A stretch of 53,429 bases of DNA from Actinomycetota bacterium (GCA_041184065.1 JBEGKM010000001.1:1-53429), one strand, 5' to 3'. Counted from the stretch's first letter, positions 27,419-37,809 are shown. The notes: generated by a model not told the origin, from the letters alone. Program-made: numbers and translations.

Positions 27419-28657
27419 CTACTTTCTTTCTGTAAGTCTTTCAAGAATTTTCACATGGCCAGGCTCGAGTTCTTCGAGAGAGCGTGCGCCCAACAACTTC
27501 ATTGTGCGAGTCATTTGCGTGCCAAGCAAATCGATGGTCTTATCGACGCCCTCGCGACCACCGGCCATCAGGCCATAAAGGTAGGCTCGGCCGATCAGAG
27601 TGAACTTGGCACCCTTGGCGATGCAGGCAACGATGTCTTGGCCATGCATGATTCCGGTGTCAACGTGCACCTCGGCGTGCTTACCAATTTCGCGAACGGT
27701 CTCAGGAAGCAAGTGGAACGGAATCGGTGCTCGATCTAGCTGGCGACCGCCGTGGTTAGACAAAATAACGGCATCGGCTCCGGCCTCTACGGCAAGCTTT
27801 GCATCTTCCACATTTTGAATGCCCTTGACTACTAGGTTGCCCTTCCACTGGGTGCGAATCCACTTCAGGTCTTCAAAAGTCACGGTTGGGTCAAACATCT
27901 GGTCGAGCAGCTCAGCCACGGTTCCGTTCCATGATCCGAGCGATGCAAAGGCTAGCGGATCGGTGGTCAAGAAGTTGATCCACCACTCTGGGCGAGGAAT
28001 CGCGTTGGTGATTGTCTTGAGAGTCAAGGCAGGTGGAATAGTCATGCCGTTGCGCTTGTCGCGAAGGCGAGCGCCGGCGACGGGAACATCCACGGTCAAA
28101 AGTAGGGTATCGAAGCCAGCTGCCTGGGCTCGCTCGACCAGTGCCATGCTCTTTTCACGGTCTTTCCACATGTACAGCTGAAACCAGTTGCGGCCATTTG
28201 GTGCAGCAGCGGCAACCTCTTCGATCGAGCGAGTGCCCATCGTTGAGAGTGAAAACGGAATTCCGGCGGCCTCGGCAGCCTGGGAGCCAGCGATTTCACC
28301 CTCGGCATGCATCATTCGAGTGAAGCCGGTTGGGGCAATTCCGAACGGCATTGCAACCTTTTTGCCGAGCACGGTCGAACTCAGGTCTAGGTCTGAAACG
28401 TCGCGCAAAATACGCGGTTGAAACTCAATGTCTTCAAAGGCCTGCCGAGCTCGAGTCAAAGAAATCTCTTGATCGGCTGATCCATCGGTGTAGTCGAATG
28501 GCGCCTGGGGGGTGCGTCGCTTGGCGATGTCGCGCAAGTCATAAATAGTGAGTGCTTCATTTAGTCTGCGCTCGCGGGCATTCCATACCGGCGCTTTGAA
28601 GCGCATAAGTTGAGCTAAGTCTTTGGGGTTTGGAAACTGACGCTTGAGGTTTGCCAT
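27419..28657 (-). CDS. lldD: FMN-dependent L-lactate dehydrogenase/alpha-hydroxy-acid oxidase
   Basis: [26 protein letters not shown] and IGRAYLYGL; in the rhamnose operon. Confidence 0.88.
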   Translation of the reverse strand: MANLKRQFPNPKDLAQLMRFKAPVWNARERRLNEALTIYDLRDIAKRRTPQAPFDYTDGSADQEISLTRARQAFEDIEFQPRILRDVSDLDLSSTVLGKKVAMPFGIAPTGFTRMMHAEGEIAGSQAAEAAGIPFSLSTMGTRSIEEVAAAAPNGRNWFQLYMWKDREKSMALVERAQAAGFDTLLLTVDVPVAGARLRDKRNGMTIPPALTLKTITNAIPRPEWWINFLTTDPLAFASLGSWNGTVAELLDQMFDPTVTFEDLKWIRTQWKGNLVVKGIQNVEDAKLAVEAGADAVILSNHGGRQLDRAPIPFHLLPETVREIGKHAEVHVDTGIMHGQDIVACIAKGAKFTLIGRAYLYGLMAGGREGVDKTIDLLGTQMTRTMKLLGARSLEELEPGHVKILERLTERK

Positions 28658-28667
28658 TGTTTATCTC

Positions 28668-31316
28668 CTAGGCGATGACGAGCGGATTAGTGAGGGCAAT
28701 TTGGTAACTGCCGTGGGTCAAAGCTGTGCCTAGTTCTGCAGTCGAACCATTCACAGTTAGGGCGCTTTGTTCGGTGGCGGGCAGGTTTAGGTCGGCGGTA
28801 ACGCCAAAGGGAACCTTGAGGTCGATGGACAGTGACGCGCCTGAAAGCTTCCAATCAATCGCAACCTCACCGAATCCGGTTTGCATGCTCGCCTTGCAGG
28901 CATCGAGGTGCACGTGAGGTGCGGGTTGAATCGAGACTCGCTCATAACCCGGAGCAGCCGGAGCAAGGCCGCCAACGTTGCGATACATCCAGTCGACCAC
29001 GGCACCATAGGCATAGTGGTTGAAGCTGAGCATTCCTTCGCCACTGCCCTCCGCTTGGTCGTCTAGGCCGCCACCCGAAATGGTGCCGTCTTCGTGAATC
29101 GCCTCCCAGCGCTCCCAGATTGTGGTCGCGCCCACTGTGATTGGGTAAAGCCACGAGCGCTTTTTTGTGCGCAAAAGCATTTGGTAGGCCTCGGCGATGT
29201 GGCCGTTTCGGCTCATCGCGTCCATGATTACCGGGGTGCCCAAAAATCCGGTGCTGATGCGAGCATCATTTTCGAGAACCAGTTTGGCTAGTGTTGCGGC
29301 TAGGTTTGCTCGCTCAGATTCTGGGGCCAGGTTGAACTCGAGCGCAATTGAGCAGCCGGTTGTGGTTTGAATGGCGGCCGGCGCAAGCTCGGCCCAAATC
29401 GCGGCCTTGAGTTCTTCGAATCGAGCACGCAGGGCAGCTGCCTCGGCGTGGTTTCCTAAAACATCTTCGGTGCGAGCCAGCAAGTCAACGCTGTGGGCCA
29501 TGTATGCGTTCGCCATGAATTGACCGCTGACTTTAGCTGCCCAGGGCTGACCCTCGGGGGCATCTGGGTCAAGCCAGTCGCCCAATTGCATGCGCTGCGG
29601 AATCAACAGGCCTTCGTGGTCATTTTTGTTGTGCTCAACCCAGGCGCGCATCGAGTTGAGTTGTTGCTCAAGAATGTGCTTGTCGCCAAAGCGTTCATAG
29701 AGGCTCCATGGCACCACGGTCGCTGCATCTGACCAACCCGCGTCGCCATAAGAGGTTTTGAAAGGGCTGTCAGCAGGCATTTGCATGCGAAGCAAATCGG
29801 GAACGACCAGTGACACTCTGCCACCTTGATCTTGTTGTTCGAGTTCGAGGTCGACTAGCCAGCTTTTGAAGAATTCATGGTCGTCAACAATTGAGTGCGC
29901 GGCGTATGCGAAAGCCTGCGCATCGCCTGTCCAACCCAAACGTTCGTCACGTTGCGGGCAGTCGGTGGGAATCGATACAAAGTTGTCGAGCAGCGACCAC
30001 TTGGTGTTGCTGTGCAGTTTGTTAACTAGCTCGTGCGAACTTTCAAATGCACCGCGTTCAACGTTGTCGCTGCTGACGGCAATACCGGTGATTTCGAGAA
30101 CATCGGCTTCGCCTTCGATTTCAATGTCGGCATATTGAAAACCGTGAAAGGTGAGTTTAGGTTCGAGTGTTTGCTCGCCGTCTTTGGCAATTATGTAGGT
30201 GTCGGTTGCTCGCGCGCCTCGAAGAGCTGCCGTGTGCAGGTTGCCCGATGGCTCGAGCACTTCTGCGTGGCGAACCGTAACTTTGGTGCCGGCCTTGGCA
30301 TCAACTTTTAGGCGCAACCATCCCGAGATGTTTTGGGTCAGATCAACTCGAATGGCGGCACCGTGAGTGCTGCGGGCAGCACCAAATTCAGCCACCACCC
30401 TCACCGGTGCGGCTGCGCGAGGCTCAAGCACCGACTTGTCGAAATCACAAACTAGCGCGGGTTGCCATTTAGAGTCATCGAAACCCGGCTTGCACCAGGC
30501 CGGCTGGGCAAAGTTGAAGTCAAAGTCGCAGCCGTCATATATCGAGCCCATGCGAATGCCGCCGTTGCCAGCCATCCAGGTGCCATCGGTGGCGATGGTT
30601 TCGCTGCTGCCATCGAGGTAGGTGATTTCGATTTGACCCAAGAAAGACGACTGGTCGCCGTAGTTATCAACGAGATTCATAAAGCCAAACTTGCCGCGAT
30701 ACCAGCCGTCGCCAAGCAATATGCCCCAGGCATTCTGGCCCGACTGCAGGTATTCGGTCACATCGTAGGTGCTCGAAAGAATGCGTTGCTGATAGGTGGT
30801 CCAGCCCGGGGCAAAGAATTCATCGCCAACTTTTTTGCCGTTGATCATCAAATCAAAAATGCCGTGGGCAGTCGCGTATAGGCGTGCGCTAGCCACCGGC
30901 TTGTTGAGTGCGAACTCTTTGCGAAGCAACGTTGCCGGGCCTTGCGCCCTAGAAACTTGGCCGATTGCAACGCCAACAAAGTCGCTAGGTTGGGTTAAAC
31001 CAGCCTCTAGGCGGCAGGTGTTTGACCACTTTGACCAGCCCGCCGGAGTTTCGATGCGAACGCGATAAAAACGAACCTCTCGGCTAGCCAACTCGGCACC
31101 AGGCGCCTTGATGTATTGGCTGTTGCTGCCGGCAACAGTGATGGTCTCGAGCGAGTCGACAAAGTCTTCGGTCGAGGCCGCTTCTAACTCAGCAGAAAGC
31201 TGGGTTTCGCCTGCATCGGCACCAGTGACCTTCCAGCTCAACAGCGGTGTGCGGCCCGGAACACCAAGCAAAGCCTCTTCATATTCGCTGACCAGTTCAA
31301 TTCTTAGGATGCTCAT
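28668..31316 (-). CDS. Alpha-L-rhamnosidase, GH78 (with N-terminal domain)
   Basis: PLLSWK, APGWTTY, LTFHGFQY, PTDCPQRDERLGWTGD, GATTIWERW and SFNHYAYG; no signal peptide. Confidence 0.93.
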   Translation of the reverse strand: MSILRIELVSEYEEALLGVPGRTPLLSWKVTGADAGETQLSAELEAASTEDFVDSLETITVAGSNSQYIKAPGAELASREVRFYRVRIETPAGWSKWSNTCRLEAGLTQPSDFVGVAIGQVSRAQGPATLLRKEFALNKPVASARLYATAHGIFDLMINGKKVGDEFFAPGWTTYQQRILSSTYDVTEYLQSGQNAWGILLGDGWYRGKFGFMNLVDNYGDQSSFLGQIEITYLDGSSETIATDGTWMAGNGGIRMGSIYDGCDFDFNFAQPAWCKPGFDDSKWQPALVCDFDKSVLEPRAAAPVRVVAEFGAARSTHGAAIRVDLTQNISGWLRLKVDAKAGTKVTVRHAEVLEPSGNLHTAALRGARATDTYIIAKDGEQTLEPKLTFHGFQYADIEIEGEADVLEITGIAVSSDNVERGAFESSHELVNKLHSNTKWSLLDNFVSIPTDCPQRDERLGWTGDAQAFAYAAHSIVDDHEFFKSWLVDLELEQQDQGGRVSLVVPDLLRMQMPADSPFKTSYGDAGWSDAATVVPWSLYERFGDKHILEQQLNSMRAWVEHNKNDHEGLLIPQRMQLGDWLDPDAPEGQPWAAKVSGQFMANAYMAHSVDLLARTEDVLGNHAEAAALRARFEELKAAIWAELAPAAIQTTTGCSIALEFNLAPESERANLAATLAKLVLENDARISTGFLGTPVIMDAMSRNGHIAEAYQMLLRTKKRSWLYPITVGATTIWERWEAIHEDGTISGGGLDDQAEGSGEGMLSFNHYAYGAVVDWMYRNVGGLAPAAPGYERVSIQPAPHVHLDACKASMQTGFGEVAIDWKLSGASLSIDLKVPFGVTADLNLPATEQSALTVNGSTAELGTALTHGSYQIALTNPLVIA

Positions 31317-32725
31317 TTTTCGCTCCGTTGCGTGGTGTTTGGGTGAAAGGTTTGGGGCTTAAAACTTTGTGCGATAAATTCGCGCTGCTTTGCCAGGTCT
31401 GCCGAGACCACGCCGTGAGCGCTAGCCTGCACAATCAGGTTACCGATGGCGGTTGCTTCAACTGGCCCGGCGACAACCCGGATGCCCGTGCGATCGGCGG
31501 CAAGTTGATTGAGAAGTGCGTTTTGGCTACCGCCGCCAACAATATTGAGTTGATCGACCGCGCGACCGGTGATTTCTTTCAGCTCCTCGATGGCAACCAA
31601 ATAGCCATCGGCCAAAGACTCAAGAATGCAGCGGGTGATTTGGGCCGGCGTCTGTGGAACCTTGCCGCCGGTTCGGGCCACCGCATTTTGAATGCGGAAT
31701 GGCATGTCGTTGGGTGCCGAAAATTCTGGGTCGGTTACGTCGATGCGCGCCGAGGTTTCGACCTTTGCAGCATCTGCAAGCAGGTCGTTGATCGAGGGTT
31801 CATAGCCTTGTTCTGCCCAGGTGCGCTGCGACTCTTGCAACAACCAAAGACCGGCTAGGTTTTTTAAGAAGCGAATGCTCGAGTTGACTCCCCGCTCATT
31901 GGTGAAGTTTGCGCGAGCACTAGCCTCGTTTAGCACCGGTTGGTCAAGTTCAACGCCGATCAGGCTCCAGGTGCCGCTCGACAAATAGGCGCCACCCTGA
32001 TGAAGTTTTGGAACCGCAACCACAGTTTCTTCAAGAGCCGGATGAGAAACCTGCGCTGGCAAAAGCTTGCCCAAAATCTCACCGGGTTCAATCAACTCAG
32101 GCAAAATGTTGGTGCCTAACCCCAGGCCAGCAAGCAAATCTCTACTCCAGGTTCCGGTCTTTACATCGATCAAGCCGGTGGTTGAGGCGTTGGTTGATTC
32201 GGACCGCGATACTCCAGTCAGCAGGTATCCGATCAGGTCAGGCATCAACAAAAGAGTTTTGGTCTTGGCGAATAAATCCGGGCGCTGTAGCTGCTCGGCC
32301 GCCAACTGATAAACGGTGTTGAAAGGCTGAAACTGAAGCCCGTTAATCGCATACAAAGCCGACTGCTCAATCAGTGCGTGCACTGCATCTGCGCCAAGCA
32401 GGTTGCGTTCGTCTCGGTAATGGCGAGGGGTTGCAAGCAACTTTCCATCTTCACCAATCAGGCCGTAGTCAACCGCCCAAGTGTCGATGCCAATGCTCAC
32501 TACCTTCTGGCCGCGCGAGGCCGCAAAGTCGCCCAGCGCAATCAGACCCTCGAGGATCGATTGGTAGACCCGGTCGAAATCCCAGTGCAGTTCGCCACCA
32601 ACCTCAATCGGACCGTTCCTAAAGCGGGCCACCTCGTTTAGCTCAAGAGACTTGCCTTCAAAAACGCCCGCAACAATGCGACCCGAGCTTGCACCCAGGT
32701 CGATCGCTGCAAAAACGCCGTTCAT
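31313..32725 (-). CDS. rhaB: Rhamnulokinase; catalytic HDT segment apparently deleted in frame
   Basis: IDLGASSGR, GIDTWAVDY, HYRD, SSGTWSL, FTNE and GPVEAT are present. The (G/A)SHDTASA motif expected before SSGTWSL is absent. Confidence 0.88.
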   Translation of the reverse strand: MNGVFAAIDLGASSGRIVAGVFEGKSLELNEVARFRNGPIEVGGELHWDFDRVYQSILEGLIALGDFAASRGQKVVSIGIDTWAVDYGLIGEDGKLLATPRHYRDERNLLGADAVHALIEQSALYAINGLQFQPFNTVYQLAAEQLQRPDLFAKTKTLLLMPDLIGYLLTGVSRSESTNASTTGLIDVKTGTWSRDLLAGLGLGTNILPELIEPGEILGKLLPAQVSHPALEETVVAVPKLHQGGAYLSSGTWSLIGVELDQPVLNEASARANFTNERGVNSSIRFLKNLAGLWLLQESQRTWAEQGYEPSINDLLADAAKVETSARIDVTDPEFSAPNDMPFRIQNAVARTGGKVPQTPAQITRCILESLADGYLVAIEELKEITGRAVDQLNIVGGGSQNALLNQLAADRTGIRVVAGPVEATAIGNLIVQASAHGVVSADLAKQREFIAQSFKPQTFHPNTTQRSEK

Positions 32726-32748
32726 GATTTTTGGATTGCCCTAGGTCT

Positions 32749-34794
32749 CTATCGAAGGAATGCTGCTGCCACGCCGGCATCAACCGGAATGTGGAGGCCT
32801 GTGGTGTGAGTTAGATCGCCGGCTGTGAGCGCGATCACTGCGTTGGCGACTGTCTCAGGCAGAACCTCTCGCTTCAAGATTGTTCGCTGAGCATAGAACT
32901 TGCCTAGATCGTTTTCGTTCACGCCATAGACCTTGGCGCGCGAGGCACCCCAGCCGCCGGCAAAAATGCCCGAGCCGCGAACCACGCCATCTGGGTTGAT
33001 GCCGTTCACGCGAATGCCGTGCTCGCCAAGTTCGACTGCAAGCAGTCGAACCTGGTGGGCTTGGTCGGCCTTGGTTGCCGAGTAGGCAATGTTGTTTGGG
33101 CCGGCGAAGACCGAGTTCTTCGACGAGATGTAAATGATGTCGCCACCCATTTTCTGGTCGAGCAGAATGCGAGCAGAATCGCGCGAAACCAAGAACGAGC
33201 CTCGAGCCATAACGTCGTGCTGCAAATCCCAGTCGCGCTGGGTTGTCTCAAGTAGCGGCTTCGAAAGTGAGAGGCCAGCATTGTTGACTATCAGATCAAC
33301 GCCACCAAAAGCAACGCAAGCCTCGGCCAAGGCCTGTTGAATTGCAGCTTCACTAGTCACATCAATGTGAACCGCCACCGCGTTGTCGCGGCCAAGAGAT
33401 TCGGCAACGGCCTTGGCGTTTTCAAGGTTGAGGTCAGCGATGACGGCGCAACCACCCTCGGCAACAATGCGCTCGGCAATTGCCTTGCCAATGCCGCTGC
33501 CAGCACCCGTGATGAATGCAACTCGGCTGGCCAAAGGCTTTGGCTTTGGCATGCGCTGCAGTTTGGCTTCTTCGAGCGACCAGTATTCGATGTTGAACTT
33601 CTCGGCATCGCTGATCGGGGTGTAGCTCGAAATCGACTCGGCGCCGCGCATCACGTTAATTGCGTTCAGATAGAACTCGCCAGCAACGCGTGCGGTTTGT
33701 TTGTTGGCACCGAACGAGAACATGCCAACGCCAGGCACCAAAACGATTGCCGGGTCGGCGCCGCGCATGGCTGGTGAGTTTTTGGTCTTGTGCTTCGAGT
33801 AGTAGGCCTCGTAGTCGTTGCGGTACTGCTCGTGCAGCTTTGTCAGGCGAGCCTTGACCTTTTCGATGTCGGCATCGGCCGGCAAGTCAAGAACCATTGG
33901 CTTTACCTTGGTTCGCAAAAAGTGGTCTGGGCAGCTGGTGCCAAGAGCAGCAAGCTTCTTTAGCTTTGCGCTGCCCAAAAATTCGAGCACCGCTGGGTCG
34001 TCGCTAAAGTGACCAACCATCGGCTTGTCGGTTGATGCCAAACCGCGGATGAAAGGTGCGATCGCTGCCGCCTTAGCTAAACGAGCTTTTGGCTTGAGGG
34101 CCTCGTATCCAGCGACCTTGTCGCCGAAGGCATTCTTCTTACCGTTTTTGGCAATGTAAGCCTCGGCGGTCTTGATGATGAAGTTTGAGTTGTTCTCGGC
34201 AGCAGCGCTGGTTTCGCCCCAGGCGGTAATGCCGTGGCCACCAAGGATGCAGCCAATTGCCTGAGGGTTTGCCTCTTTGATCGCAGCAATGTCTAGACCG
34301 AGCTGAAAACCAGGTCGGCGCCAGGCAACCCAAACAACCTTGTCACCAAAGATCTTCTTGGTGAGTTTTTCGCCATCCTTGGCCGTCGCAATTGCGATGC
34401 CGCTGTCTGGGTGCAGGTGGTCAACATGTTTTGCGTCAACGAGGGCGTGCATCGCGGTGTCGATCGATGGGGCAGCGCCGCCACGGCCGTGCAGGCAATA
34501 GTCGAACGCGGCAACCATTTCGTCTTCGCGCTCAACGCCCGGGTAAACATCGACAAGCGCGCGCACGCGATCGAGTTCGAGAACGGCTAGTCCAGCCTCG
34601 GTCAGAGTGCCAAGGTCGCCACCCGAGCCCTTAACCCAGAGCAGGTTGATAGCCTTGCCCGTCGACGGGTCGATCTCGACGCCTTTAGCCGAAGTGTTGC
34701 CGCCTGCGTAGTTGGTGTTTTTTGGGTTCGAACCCAAACGGTTTGATCGGGTGATCAGGTTCAGAAGTTCTTTGTTTTTCTTTAGTGACGCCAT
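32749..34794 (-). CDS. rhaD: Bifunctional rhamnulose-1-phosphate aldolase/short-chain dehydrogenase (RhaED type)
   Basis: GGNTSAK, VKGSGGDL, PSIDT, HVDHLHPD, CPDHFLRTK and EYW.LEEAKL, followed by an SDR domain (TGAGSGIG, YSATK). Start moved to ATG 34794. Confidence 0.92.
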   Translation of the reverse strand: MASLKKNKELLNLITRSNRLGSNPKNTNYAGGNTSAKGVEIDPSTGKAINLLWVKGSGGDLGTLTEAGLAVLELDRVRALVDVYPGVEREDEMVAAFDYCLHGRGGAAPSIDTAMHALVDAKHVDHLHPDSGIAIATAKDGEKLTKKIFGDKVVWVAWRRPGFQLGLDIAAIKEANPQAIGCILGGHGITAWGETSAAAENNSNFIIKTAEAYIAKNGKKNAFGDKVAGYEALKPKARLAKAAAIAPFIRGLASTDKPMVGHFSDDPAVLEFLGSAKLKKLAALGTSCPDHFLRTKVKPMVLDLPADADIEKVKARLTKLHEQYRNDYEAYYSKHKTKNSPAMRGADPAIVLVPGVGMFSFGANKQTARVAGEFYLNAINVMRGAESISSYTPISDAEKFNIEYWSLEEAKLQRMPKPKPLASRVAFITGAGSGIGKAIAERIVAEGGCAVIADLNLENAKAVAESLGRDNAVAVHIDVTSEAAIQQALAEACVAFGGVDLIVNNAGLSLSKPLLETTQRDWDLQHDVMARGSFLVSRDSARILLDQKMGGDIIYISSKNSVFAGPNNIAYSATKADQAHQVRLLAVELGEHGIRVNGINPDGVVRGSGIFAGGWGASRAKVYGVNENDLGKFYAQRTILKREVLPETVANAVIALTAGDLTHTTGLHIPVDAGVAAAFLR

Positions 34795-34796
34795 GG

Positions 34797-35966
34797 TTAT
34801 GCACCCCATCCGGCCTGCTGGCCACCAACACGTGATTCGGCTATTTGCTTTAGATAGCCAGAGTTATTGAAAGCCTTGATTGGGTCTGGGTTCAGACCCT
34901 TCGATTCGCGCCAAGCAGCAAGGGTTGGGCGAACATCGGTATAAAAGGCATCCATGAAAATGTCGTTAGCTGCAAGCACATCGCCGGCCAGCTGAGCCTG
35001 GTTTAGAGCGTTGGTATCAACCTGCAGTGCACGTGCTGTCATGGCCTGCACGTTTAGCACCGAACGAATTTGGCCCGGAATCTTGTCTTCGATGTTGTGG
35101 CACTGGTCGAGCATGAAGGCAACATCTGAGTCGCTGCCGTAGCCGCCGCCACGAATCACTTCATACATGATGCGGAACAGCTGGAACGGGTCGGCTGCGC
35201 CAACGATCAAATCGTCGTCTGCATAAAAGCGCGAGTTGAAGTCGAACGAACCCAGTTTGCCCAGGCGAAGCAATTGGGCAACGATGAATTCGATGTTGGT
35301 GCCAGGCGCGTGGTGACCGGTGTCGAGGCAGACCGAAGCGCGCTCGCCGAGAGCTGCTACCTGCGCATAGGCGGTGCCCCAGTCGGGCACATCGGTGTGA
35401 TAAAAAGCTGGCTCGAAGAACTTGTATTCAAGAACTAGGCGCTGGTTTTCACCGATGCGGGCATAGATCTTTTCGAGCGAATCGGCAAGGCGATCTTGGC
35501 GACCACGGATGTCGTCTTGGCCCGGGTAGTTGGTGCCGTCGGCGAGCCAAATCTTGAGGTCTTTAGAGCCCGTCTCGTGCATGATGTCGATGCAATCAAA
35601 GTGGTGATCGATGGCCTTCTGGCGAATCACCGGGTTTGAGTGGGTGATGCTGCCGAACTTGTAGTCCTCGTCTTGGAAGGTGTTCGAGTTGATCGTGCCC
35701 AGCTTTACGCCCAAGCCCTCGGCGTGAGCGCGCAGCTCTGAGTAAGAATCCACTTTGTCCCATGGAATGTGCAGCGCAACCGAGGGCGCGATGCCCGAGA
35801 ACTTGTGTACCTGGGCAGCATCTTCGATTTTTTCGAAAGGGTTGCGTGGAACACCGGCAGACGGAAAAACGCGAAAGCGAGTTCCCGAATTACCGAATGC
35901 CCAAGATGGCAGTTCGATGGCTTGCTGGTCTAGCTGAGCGAATAGTTTCGCGGTGTCCACAGACAT
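34797..35966 (-). CDS. rhaI: L-rhamnose isomerase (RhaI type)
   Basis: PSWAFGNSGTRF, LHIPWD, NSNTFQD, LEYKFFEP, DTGHH and FNSRFYADDD. Confidence 0.95.
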   Translation of the reverse strand: MSVDTAKLFAQLDQQAIELPSWAFGNSGTRFRVFPSAGVPRNPFEKIEDAAQVHKFSGIAPSVALHIPWDKVDSYSELRAHAEGLGVKLGTINSNTFQDEDYKFGSITHSNPVIRQKAIDHHFDCIDIMHETGSKDLKIWLADGTNYPGQDDIRGRQDRLADSLEKIYARIGENQRLVLEYKFFEPAFYHTDVPDWGTAYAQVAALGERASVCLDTGHHAPGTNIEFIVAQLLRLGKLGSFDFNSRFYADDDLIVGAADPFQLFRIMYEVIRGGGYGSDSDVAFMLDQCHNIEDKIPGQIRSVLNVQAMTARALQVDTNALNQAQLAGDVLAANDIFMDAFYTDVRPTLAAWRESKGLNPDPIKAFNNSGYLKQIAESRVGGQQAGWGA

Positions 35967-35991
35967 GGGATTACTCCATTGGAATCGAAAA

Positions 35992-36007
35992 ATTGAAGCG
36001 TTTCAAT
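35992..36007. promoter_or_regulatory. LacI-type operator of the rha operon
   Basis: ATTGAAGCGTTTCAAT, a near-perfect dyad with central CG in the divergent rhaI/LacI gap; a weaker TTGAATCGTT site lies at about 36059. Confidence 0.75.
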
Positions 36008-36083
36008 AGAACAATAACGGCTTTTTAGTTGCCAAGCAAAACTCATTCGTCAATAGGATTGAATCGTTATAGAAAGTGACCAA

Positions 36084-37115
36084 ATGCCGACAGCAAAGAA
36101 GCCTCGCCCGAGCATCCAAGATGTTGCGCGCCTTGCCGGTGTTTCGCTTGGCACGGTCTCAAACGTGCTCAACAACCCAGACCGAGTAAAGCCCGACACC
36201 GTGGGCAAAGTCGCCAAGGCCATCGACCAGCTTGGCTTTGTGCGTAACGATGCGGCCCGTCAACTAAAGGCCGGCCGAAGCAAGACCCTTGGCCTGGTCG
36301 TGCTTGACATTGCCAACCCATTCTTTAGCTCACTTGCTAGAGGGGCTGAAGACGCCGCCGCAGATGGCAACTACTCGGTTATTTTGGGCAACAGCTCCGA
36401 CGAAGTTGAACGTGAAACCCGCTATGTTTCGCTTTTTGAAGAGCAACGCGTTGGCGGCATTGTGATTTCTCCGGTTGACGGGGTTTCCGAAACCGTCACC
36501 TCGCTTCGCAGCCGCGGCACCAATGTTGTGGTGGTCGACCGCCACATCGACTCTTCAATCGGATGTTCGATTTCGGTTGACGATGTTGCCGGCGGTCGAA
36601 TGGCCGTTGAGCATTTATTGGCGCAGGGCAAAACCAAAATTGCTTTCGTGGGCGGCCCGCTCGATTTTCAGCAGGTAGCCGACCGTTTGGCTGGCGCTAC
36701 CGATGCCGTAAAGGTATCGGGTTCAAAAGCCACCATAAAACACATCAAGACCAAGGCTCTATCGGTGCTTGCAGGTCGCCAGGTTGGCGAAGCCATTGCG
36801 GGGTCGCCCAAAAGTCAGTGGCCAGATGCCATCTTTGCCGCAAACGACCTGCTTGCGGTTGGCCTGCTTCAAGCTTTTATGTTCGGCGCCCAGGTGAGCG
36901 TGCCGGCCGACATCGCGGTGATTGGCTACGACGACATCGCCTTCGCCGAGGCTGCGATTGTGCCACTCAGTTCGATTCGCCAGCCGGCGGCATTGCTTGG
37001 CGCCACCGCGGTCGAAATGTTGGTCGATGAAATTTCAAACCCATCGACCCACAAACACCGGCAAATCACTTTTCAACCAGAGCTTGTTGTGCGCGGAAGC
37101 ACTCAAGCGAGCTAG
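36084..37115 (+). CDS. LacI-family repressor of the rhamnose genes
   Basis: SIQDVARLAGVSLGTVSNVLN, NPFF, ANDLLA, GYDD and LSSIRQP; divergent from rhaI. Confidence 0.94.
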   Translation: MPTAKKPRPSIQDVARLAGVSLGTVSNVLNNPDRVKPDTVGKVAKAIDQLGFVRNDAARQLKAGRSKTLGLVVLDIANPFFSSLARGAEDAAADGNYSVILGNSSDEVERETRYVSLFEEQRVGGIVISPVDGVSETVTSLRSRGTNVVVVDRHIDSSIGCSISVDDVAGGRMAVEHLLAQGKTKIAFVGGPLDFQQVADRLAGATDAVKVSGSKATIKHIKTKALSVLAGRQVGEAIAGSPKSQWPDAIFAANDLLAVGLLQAFMFGAQVSVPADIAVIGYDDIAFAEAAIVPLSSIRQPAALLGATAVEMLVDEISNPSTHKHRQITFQPELVVRGSTQAS

Positions 37116-37125
37116 ATTTCGTCAC

Positions 37126-37146
37126 TCGCCAGGGTTTTGTTGGCGA
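37126..37146. terminator. Weak possible hairpin between convergent LacI and TetR genes
   Basis: TCGCCA-N9-TGGCGA; short stem only. Confidence 0.3.
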
Positions 37147-37158
37147 TCACCAAAGTGT

Positions 37159-37809
37159 TTAGCGGCCAGCGGCGGCTTCATAATGGCGCGCACCATCGAC
37201 ACCAACTATGTGTTCGAATTCGGGTTTCAGAATTCCTCTAAAGAATGCTCGATGTGCCTCAAGCATGTCCCAGCTTGGGTCAAGCAGCCATTGCACCTGA
37301 AGGCCGTCTGAGAGCGCAATCAAGGTTTTTGCAAGATCAACCGATTCCAGTCTGGCGCGCAACATGCCTTCTTTTCGCAGCAATTCAAAGTAGTCGGCTG
37401 TCAATGCCGTCACACTTTCATAGCGATTCTTGAAGTAGCTGTGGGCCGGATGATCCTCTGAAGTTGCCTCGGCCGACAAAATGCAAAACAGCTCGACGAT
37501 GCCCTGGTTCGACATGTTGTAGTTAATAAGGCCCAGCCAGTGTTCGATGAACTCCGGGCCGCTAATCCTCATATCGGCAAGATAGGCGCTTTGAGTTTGT
37601 GCATCGCGATACTCCAACACGGCAATCAAAAGAGCGCTCTTAGATTTGAAGTGATGCAAAATTCCGGCTTCACTGATGCCCTCAAGTTCGGCAACCTGCT
37701 TCAGCGAACCGCCCCGAAAGCCAGATTTAGCGAACACATTGAAAGCGCTTACAAGAATTGATTCTCGCCTAGCCTCGGTTACTTGATAGTTTCCGCGTGG
37801 TCTGGCCAT
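37159..37809 (-). CDS. TetR-family regulator of glycoside uptake/beta-glucosidase genes
   Basis: GFRGGSL..VA..GISEAGILHHFKSK HTH, LSAEAT..HPAH.YF..RY and DGLQVQWL. Confidence 0.92.
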   Translation of the reverse strand: MARPRGNYQVTEARRESILVSAFNVFAKSGFRGGSLKQVAELEGISEAGILHHFKSKSALLIAVLEYRDAQTQSAYLADMRISGPEFIEHWLGLINYNMSNQGIVELFCILSAEATSEDHPAHSYFKNRYESVTALTADYFELLRKEGMLRARLESVDLAKTLIALSDGLQVQWLLDPSWDMLEAHRAFFRGILKPEFEHIVGVDGARHYEAAAGR

